Translations under genes and position numbers: made by a program | NCBI GenBank assembly: GCA_964016885.1 | Contig: OZ024754.1 | Location: 24,614,001-24,678,000, forward strand | DNA: 64,000 nucleotides | Source of the DNA: Eledone cirrhosa | Lineage: Eukaryota | Reading direction: 5' to 3' | The notes under the pieces: model-generated | The model's input: only the letters and a program-made list of their open reading frames with translations | What the model was told of the DNA's origin: nothing | Database searches by the model: none | Part shown: piece by piece, positions 56,653 through 64,000 of the stretch | Position numbering within the stretch: position 1 is the stretch's first letter | Layout of the letters: each line of letters begins with the position of its first letter

Positions 56653-58800
56653 GGATGGTACGATGCATGTGACTGGATGGTATCACTGATGGTACGATGC
56701 ATGTGACTGGATGGTATCACTGATGGTACGATGTATGTGACTGGATGGTATCACTGATGGTAGGATGTATGTGACTGGATGGTATCACTGATGGTACGAT
56801 GTATGTGACGGGATGGTATGACTGATGGTACGATGCATGTGACTGGATGGTATGACTGATGGTACGATGTATGTGACTGGATAATATCACTGATGGTAGG
56901 ATGTATGTGACTGGATGGTATCACTGATGGTATGATGTATGTGACTGGATAATATCACTGATGGTAGGATGTATGTGACTGGATGGTATCACTGATGGTA
57001 TGATGTATGTGACTGCATGGTATCACTGATGGAACGATGTATATGACGGGATGGTATGACTGATGGTACGATGTATGTGACTGGATAGTATCACTGATGG
57101 TACTATGTATGTTACTGGATGGTATCACTGATGGTACGATGTATGTGACTGGATGGTATCACTAATGGTACGATGTATGTGACGGGATGGTATCACAGAT
57201 GGTACTATGTATGTTACTGGATGGTATCACTGATGGTACGATGTATGTGACTGGATGGTATCACTGATGGTAGGATGTATGTGACTGGATGGTATCACTG
57301 ATGGTACGATGTATGTGACGGGATGGTATGACTGATTGTACTATGTATGTTACTGGATGGTATGACTGATGGTACTATGTATGTTACTGGATGGTATCAC
57401 TGATGGTAGGATGTATGTGACTGGATGGTATGACTGATGGTACGATGTATGTGACGAGATGGTATCACTGATGGTACGATGTATGTGACGGGATGGTATG
57501 ACTGATGGTACGATGTATGTGACTGGATGGTATCATTGATGGTACGATGTATGTGACGGGATGGTATCACTGATGGTACTATGTATGTGACTGGATGGTA
57601 TGACTGATGGTACGATGTATGTGACGGGATGGTGTGACTGATGGTACGATGTATGTGACTGGATGGTATCACTGATGGTACGATGTATGTGACTGGATGG
57701 TATCACTGATGGTAGGATGTATGTGACTGGATGGTATGACTGATGGTACGATGTATGTGACTGGATGGTATCACTGATGGTACGATGCATGTGACGGGAT
57801 AGTATCACTGATGGTACGATGTATGTGACGGGATGGTATCACTGATGGCATGATGTATGTGACTGCATGGTATCACTGATGGAACGATGTATGTGACGGG
57901 ATGGTATGACTGATGGTAGGATGTATGTGATGGGATGGTATCACTGATGGTATGATGTATGTGACTGGATGGTATTACTGATGGTATGATGTATGTGACG
58001 GGATGGTATCACTGATGGAACGATGTATGTGACTGGATGGTATTACTGATGGTATGATGTATGTGACTGGATGGTATTACTGATGGTATAATGTATGTGA
58101 CGGGATGGTATGACTGATGGTACGATGTATGTGACGGGATGGTATCACTGATGGTATGAGGTATGTGACTGGATGGTATTACTGATGGTATGATGTATGT
58201 GACGGGATGGTATGACTGATGGTACGATGTATGTGACGGGATGGTATCACTGATGGTATGATGTATGTGACTGGATGGTATCACTGATGGTAGAATGTAT
58301 GTGACTGGATGGTATCACTGATGGTACGATGTATGTGACGGGATGGTATCACTGATGGTAGAATGTATGTGACTGGATGGTATCACTGATGGTACGATGT
58401 ATGTGACGGGATGGTATCACTGATGGTAGAATGTATGTGACTGGATGGTATCACTGATGGTACGATGTATGTGACGGGATGGTGTGACTGATGGTACGAT
58501 GTATGTGACGGGATGGTATCACTGATGGTATGATGTATGTGACTGGATGGTATCACTGATGGTACGATGTATGTGACGGGATGGTATCACTGATGGTAGA
58601 ATGTATGTGACTGGATGGTATCACTGATGGTAGAATGGATGTGACTGGATGGTATCACTGATGGTACGATGTATGTTACTGGATGGTATCACTGATGCTA
58701 GGATGTATGTGACGGGATGGTATCACTGATGGTACGATATATGTTACTGGATGGTATCACTGATGGTACGATGTATGTGACTGATGGTATCACTGATGGT
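56653..58800. repeat. 34-bp minisatellite, ~63 copies
   Basis: Unit GATGGTACGATGTATGTGACTGGATGGTATCACT. Confidence 0.96.
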
Positions 58801-59225
58801 AAGTTGTGTCTATTGCAGAAAATATTACCTAGAGGGCGTGGTAGCTATTTTTCAGCTGTCCTTTATGAAAAACCATTGATCTTGTTGCCACTTGCCATGA
58901 TTCCAATAGTTTACATGACACTTGTAGCGCGGCTCATTTGTAATTTTGACATTGTACGATATGGTTATTGTATTTGGAGGATGTGTTTGTCTTTGTACTT
59001 TGTTGTAACTATGAAGATTAATAAAACATTGTTTACACACACAACACACACAATACACACACACACACTGACACATACACACAGACACGTACACACACTG
59101 ACACATACACACATATTGACACATATACACTCATTTACACATACACACACTGGCACATACACTTATATCAATATAGTTGATATAAAACATTATTTAGATA
59201 GACAACGCAAATACACAACTCACAT

Positions 59226-59243
59226 AGACAGACAGACAGACAC

Positions 59244-59297
<54 letters not shown>
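59226..59297. repeat. (GACA)n microsatellite at the Tx1 3' end
   Basis: Direct reading. Confidence 0.95.
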
Positions 59298-59300
<3 letters not shown>

Positions 59301-62300
59301 TTTCTGTTTATTTGCCACTAGGGCACAAAAGAAAGGGACATGTACATAAAAATCGAGTAAGAAAAATATAACAAACAAAATAGTAAAAAGAAGGTCCTCA
59401 ATAGGGAGGGATCGTTTTAGGGTCACACACACACCCGAAAAAAAAGTGTGCGACCCTTCTCCACGGGAGCACAAAGAGAGGGTGCTCCCTTCTTCCTGTT
59501 CCAGCTACAGGCTGAGGTAGAGAGAAGGCCCATTCACACGGGCCATTCTCGCAACTTTCACCCACCTTTCATAAAACTGGCTGGAGTGGAGCACCTCTCT
59601 CTCCATCCTGATCCTTCTTCCGAAATGGTATCGGAAGAAAAGGACCAGTTGTTGGCCGGAGAGAAAGGTGTCCGACCTCAGCCCTTTCAGACGCGTCCAC
59701 CATATAGCCTCTTTTACCATGGCTATTACACAGAGGAAGACCGCCTCTCCTTCATTTTTGAAGGAGGGAGGCGGCTTGATCGTTACAATGGACTCGGTGG
59801 TCAACCTAATTGGTCCCACCCGTGACAGCAGTTGTTCGACATAGCCCCACAGATCGGCAACGCCCGGGCAGAGCACCAATGCGTGCGCGACGGTTTCCTC
59901 GTCGCGCACGCATCTGGGACAGATCTTTTTCGAGGGGTCCCTACCCGGGCGCCCGTGTCTGTAGAGCTTATCCCGAACGGGCAGAGCCCCTCGGTAGCAC
60001 TGCCAGGCCAAGGACTTCTGGAAGTTGTTCATAGGTCCCGGGCCGAAAGTCCTACCGAATAGACTGGCCAGTTCGTCCACCTCCATGCCTAGGGTTTCTC
60101 CGAGGGCGTCGTCGCACCCGCTAACCACCAGCCCTCTATAGAATGACGAGGTGGAGTCTCCGTCGATAGCCGGGTCCGCCTGCCAGAGAGCCGTGAGCGC
60201 CTGGGCACACTCGGTGTGCCAGTCGCCCAGTTTTCTCGGTCTTTGCTTCACCCAGGACTGCAGCTCGGTGAGCGAGACGAGCCTCGGGAAGGCTCGCCTC
60301 ACAAACGGGGCCCACACCGGTTGACCGGTGAGGAATACCTGGAGGTGCCTTAGCCTCAATGCGTGTTTACGCATTTTTAGCCACGGCATCCCCAGCCCTC
60401 CTTTCAAAGGGTGTTGACAGCAGATGGATCTCCTCACCAGAGGAGACCTCTTTTTCCAAAGGAAATAAAAGAGGGCGCGCTCCATTTTGGCGAGGATCTC
60501 ACCCGGGCAAGGCACGACAGTCAAGCGCTAATAGATGACGGACGCTATGTAAGCGTTCGCCACCTCCGCCCGACCTTTCAGGGATAGTTTACACTCGGCC
60601 CACTTCTGGGTCAATGCAAACACCCTATTCGTCACCTCACCCCAGTTTTTCTCCACCTGGAGGTCCGGTCCGAACCAGACCCCAAGCAACTTCACCGGGC
60701 CCTCCGTCCACCGTCCGACGATACCGTCGCACGACATCGCTTTGCCCCTCCACTCACCGAGTTGCAAAGCGACTGACTTGTCCCGGTTCAGCTTAGCCCC
60801 TGTCAACCTTTCGTACTCCTCCAGTAAGGTGCCGATTGTCTCGATTTCCGAGGTGGTCGACACCATTACTGTTACGTCATCGGCATAGGCCGACACCGTT
60901 TTGCACAATCCCGGTTCCAAAGGGATGCCCTGCAACAACTCCAACTTCCGCAGTAGTGGCTCGAGAGCCAATACATACAGAAGGGAGGAGAGAGGGCATC
61001 TCTGTCGGATGGAGCGGGTGATTTCGAACGGCTCCGAAAGGTAGCCGTTCACCTTGACTCTAGAGCAGATGCGGCTGCTGTGCATGGCAGTGATCCAGCC
61101 CCTGAAAATGGCTCCGAACCCAGCCGCCGCTAGCACCGCATCCAGGTAACCATGGTCCACCCTATCGAACAATTTAGACTTATCATCCCCCTTGTTCTCG
61201 TCCTTCCTCACTAGCGAGACTACGCCCTTGGTCACAGAACAGGGAATTCTCCCGTTCTGTTGCCAGTTGCAGTAGACCGCTTCGAGGAGATCGGGGAACA
61301 AGTCCGGCATATTAATATATAGTTCGTAGGGCAGACCATCAAGCCCTGGAGGTTTGCGTTTGCTGCATAGGCTCAGCACGTCCCCTATTTCAGCAGCTGA
61401 GATCGGCCCGTCGCAGGACCTCGCCTCCTTGTCCGAAAGACGCGGCAGGCCGTCGAGGTATGGACTGAAATCCACATCCCCAACCGGCCCCCCGCCCCTC
61501 CCGAACAATCGGGCAAAGTGCCTTTGAAAGGCCTCGCACATTCGCTTAGGTTCAAGGATCAACCGTCCATCCTGGTCTCGCAAAGACCGGATAGTGGATT
61601 TAATCCCACTTTTCGCTTCTGTCACGCGGGCCCAGCTAACAGCTTTGGTCCCCTCGTTTCCCAGAGCACGTATTTTGCTTCGGACAACGCAGCCTTCGTG
61701 TTTCGCGTCGAAGAACTGGTTCAAGACCGTTCTCGACGCTTGCACTCTGGCCACGTTGCCGCTTCTCATTGCCTCTTCAACATTAACTACCAACTCCCTT
61801 TCCTTCCTATTTCTATCTGAGGCTAACTCCTTACTAACTCCTATTGAAACTACTCTAATCTCTCTTTTTAGAGAGCCCCACCACCTGTTGTTGACGATGG
61901 CGCCCGTCAACTGCTCCTTAACTAAGGTTCTAATCCGGTCCCTGTAAGCTCTACTTGCCGGTAAGGACAAGTTGAGCTTCCAGTAACCGGGCCCCTGCCT
62001 ATGCGTTCTATCAAGGTGGACTACGCAGGTCACTAACTTGTGGTCTGAATAGCCCACCATGAGCATTTCTGGACAACTTAAAAAGTCCCTATCCTTAATT
62101 CTAACTAAGAACCTATCTAGGTACGATCTAGATTGACCACTGTTATTTGACCAAGTCCAGGTTGGCACAGTCGGAAAATCTAGTCGGTATCTATCGGCCA
62201 GGTCAAATCGGCCGATTAACTCCTTAAGGCTGTTACACACCCCTCTATCGGGACATGCCCCTACATAGTCCCAACGTGCATCTAGGATACCATTCCAGTC

Positions 62301-64000
62301 CCCCACTAAAAGCAAGGAGCGGGACGTCCCTAGAAAACCCTCCAGACGATGGAAGAAGTCCGACCGCATTGTCCCAAAAGGGGCGTATACGGCGACAAGC
62401 CTAAAAGCTCCGCCTTCACCATTGCCAAGGTCCAGAACCACGAGTCGACCCTCCGGGTCCAAGTGTACCGTCTGTGTAGCAAGACCCAGATGTTTTTGCA
62501 GCAGAACGACAACCCCACCCCCACCTCCGGGCTGACAGAGAGATGCGTGCATCTCAAAGTCATCAAAGGTGGGGGCTAGCTGTCGCATGCTGCTGATCCG
62601 GGCCTCGCAAATAACCATCACATTTATACATTGTAACCTGAGGTCACTTAGAAGTTTAGCTTGCTTCCAAAGTGAGCCCAGGCCTCGCGCATTTAGACAA
62701 CCTACTCTTAACACAGCCATGTTGGTGGCAAAGAAAGAGGCAATTACCTCTCTGCGTCCCGGGGTTCGGGCCGCTCAGTTTCCATGGGGCTGGTGGAGGG
62801 GTTGATGGGTGGGGTGGTGGTTTGTGGTGGTGTGGGGGTATTAGTGTGTGGAGGGGTTGGGATCTTTGGAGTTGTGTGGGTGTTTGAGGAAGGGAGGGGA
62901 AAACCTTTTCAGGAGGACGCGGTTGAGTGGCCTGGTGCAGGGTGGGCCCACGTCCTCAGGGTAAATGTTTTTCAAAGTTTTGAAAATGTCAAGTGAGACT
63001 TTCACCATTTTCAGGTTAGGGAGTCCCATTGCCGTTACAAAATTCGGCCCTTCGGTTTGTACCGAATGGTTGTTTTCTATTTTTTCTGTTAGGTTTTTAT
63101 TGTTTTTGTTTATGTATGTGTAGAGTTTTTGTGTTGTGTTTGTTTTTGCTTGTTGTTCTTGAGTGAGTTTGCGTTTTGTTGTCTGTGTTGTGTTGTCAGG
63201 TGGGGTTATTTTTGTTTGTGTGGTGTGTGTACGTTTTTTTCTTTTCACTTTTTGGAAGGGAGCCCCCTCGTCTTCCGACGATATGAGCTCCTCTTCCGTA
63301 TTGGAGGGGAGGGGTATATCTCCGGGTTGTGTATGAACTGCGTGTGTTTTTGTATTTGTGTTCTGTGGGGAGGGGCTGGGTGGGACCGTGTTTTGGGTTG
63401 TTTTCTTGAGCTGTTGTTGATGTTGTTGTTGTGGTGGTGGTGAATGAGGTGGCGTTCTACGTTTTTGTTGTCGTTGTGGTGGTGATGGTAGTGTATTTTG
63501 TTGTTTTTGTGGTGGTGGTGCTGGTTGTTTTTGTTGTTGTTGTGGTGTTTGTAGCAGTGGTTTTTTTGTTGTTAGTAGAGGGCAGGCCGTCCTCAGGTGA
63601 CCTCTGCCAGCGCAGTGGTAACATGAGGGTCTCCTGCCTTCCACCGTAATATTTATGAAGGTTCGCCCATCCAGTAGGACTCGGTTGGGTATTCCGGAGA
63701 TTCTCTCAGGTGTCATCTGTAAGAGAATCTCCAGACTTTTCCCCCCGAACAGTCCATTGGTGGACTCCCCTGCTGAAATAAGGATGTCCTTTTCTAGGTC
63801 CGTAAATCCTGTTAGGACGGACCAGATGTTAACTTCTGGCGTTGGGCTCCACATTCTTATTCTTTGTGTTCTTCTTCCTTTATATGTGGGGAAGAAGGTG
63901 TATTGTGGTGACACTATAGGTGCCACCGAATATTTTTGAGCCAGCATTTCGTCCTTCATTCGGACCATAATGCTGGCATACAACTTTCCTCTTTGAATAA
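59298..64000 (-). mobile_element. Tx1/L1-clade LINE copy 2, 3' end intact, runs off the right edge
   Basis: ORF1 62841-63983 (CCHC); ORF2 60528-62720 plus 59505-60524 (APE, RT, C-terminal CPRC...HALVLC); AATAAA on minus strand at 59307-59312. Confidence 0.94.
59505..62720 (-). pseudogene. Tx1-type ORF2 with internal RT deletion and a break near 60528
   Basis: Lacks the NFRPITLL...LDQ segment present in copy 1; AYADD, LLGV, GGLG and CCHC motifs retained. Confidence 0.9.

Noticed and set aside
57397-59349. His/Ser/Thr-rich ORFs
   Set aside because: Translations of the 34-bp repeat and CA/GACA microsatellites

Overview
Eukaryotic, repeat-only DNA with no recognisable host gene. The microsatellite and LINE mix resembles an invertebrate, possibly cephalopod, genome (inference). 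The first 29.5 kb is a 20-bp satellite (GATCTACA+GATARGGCTACA) with higher-order repeats. The rest is nested decayed retroelements: two Tx1/L1-type LINEs abutting (GACA)n, two R4/Dong-like RT+RLE elements in (CATA)n, RTE fragments and non-autonomous RTE derivatives, a Naiad-like Penelope element, a hAT MITE and several minisatellites. The most notable unannotated signal is a set of short non-coding elements inserted in (TA)n. Several form hairpin-plus-tail palindromes, and four carry minimal type I hammerhead ribozyme motifs (two canonical, two with core variants). One has a terminal direct repeat suggesting a ~466-nt retrozyme-like circular or tandem RNA template. All structures were read by eye; no folding or database searches were run.
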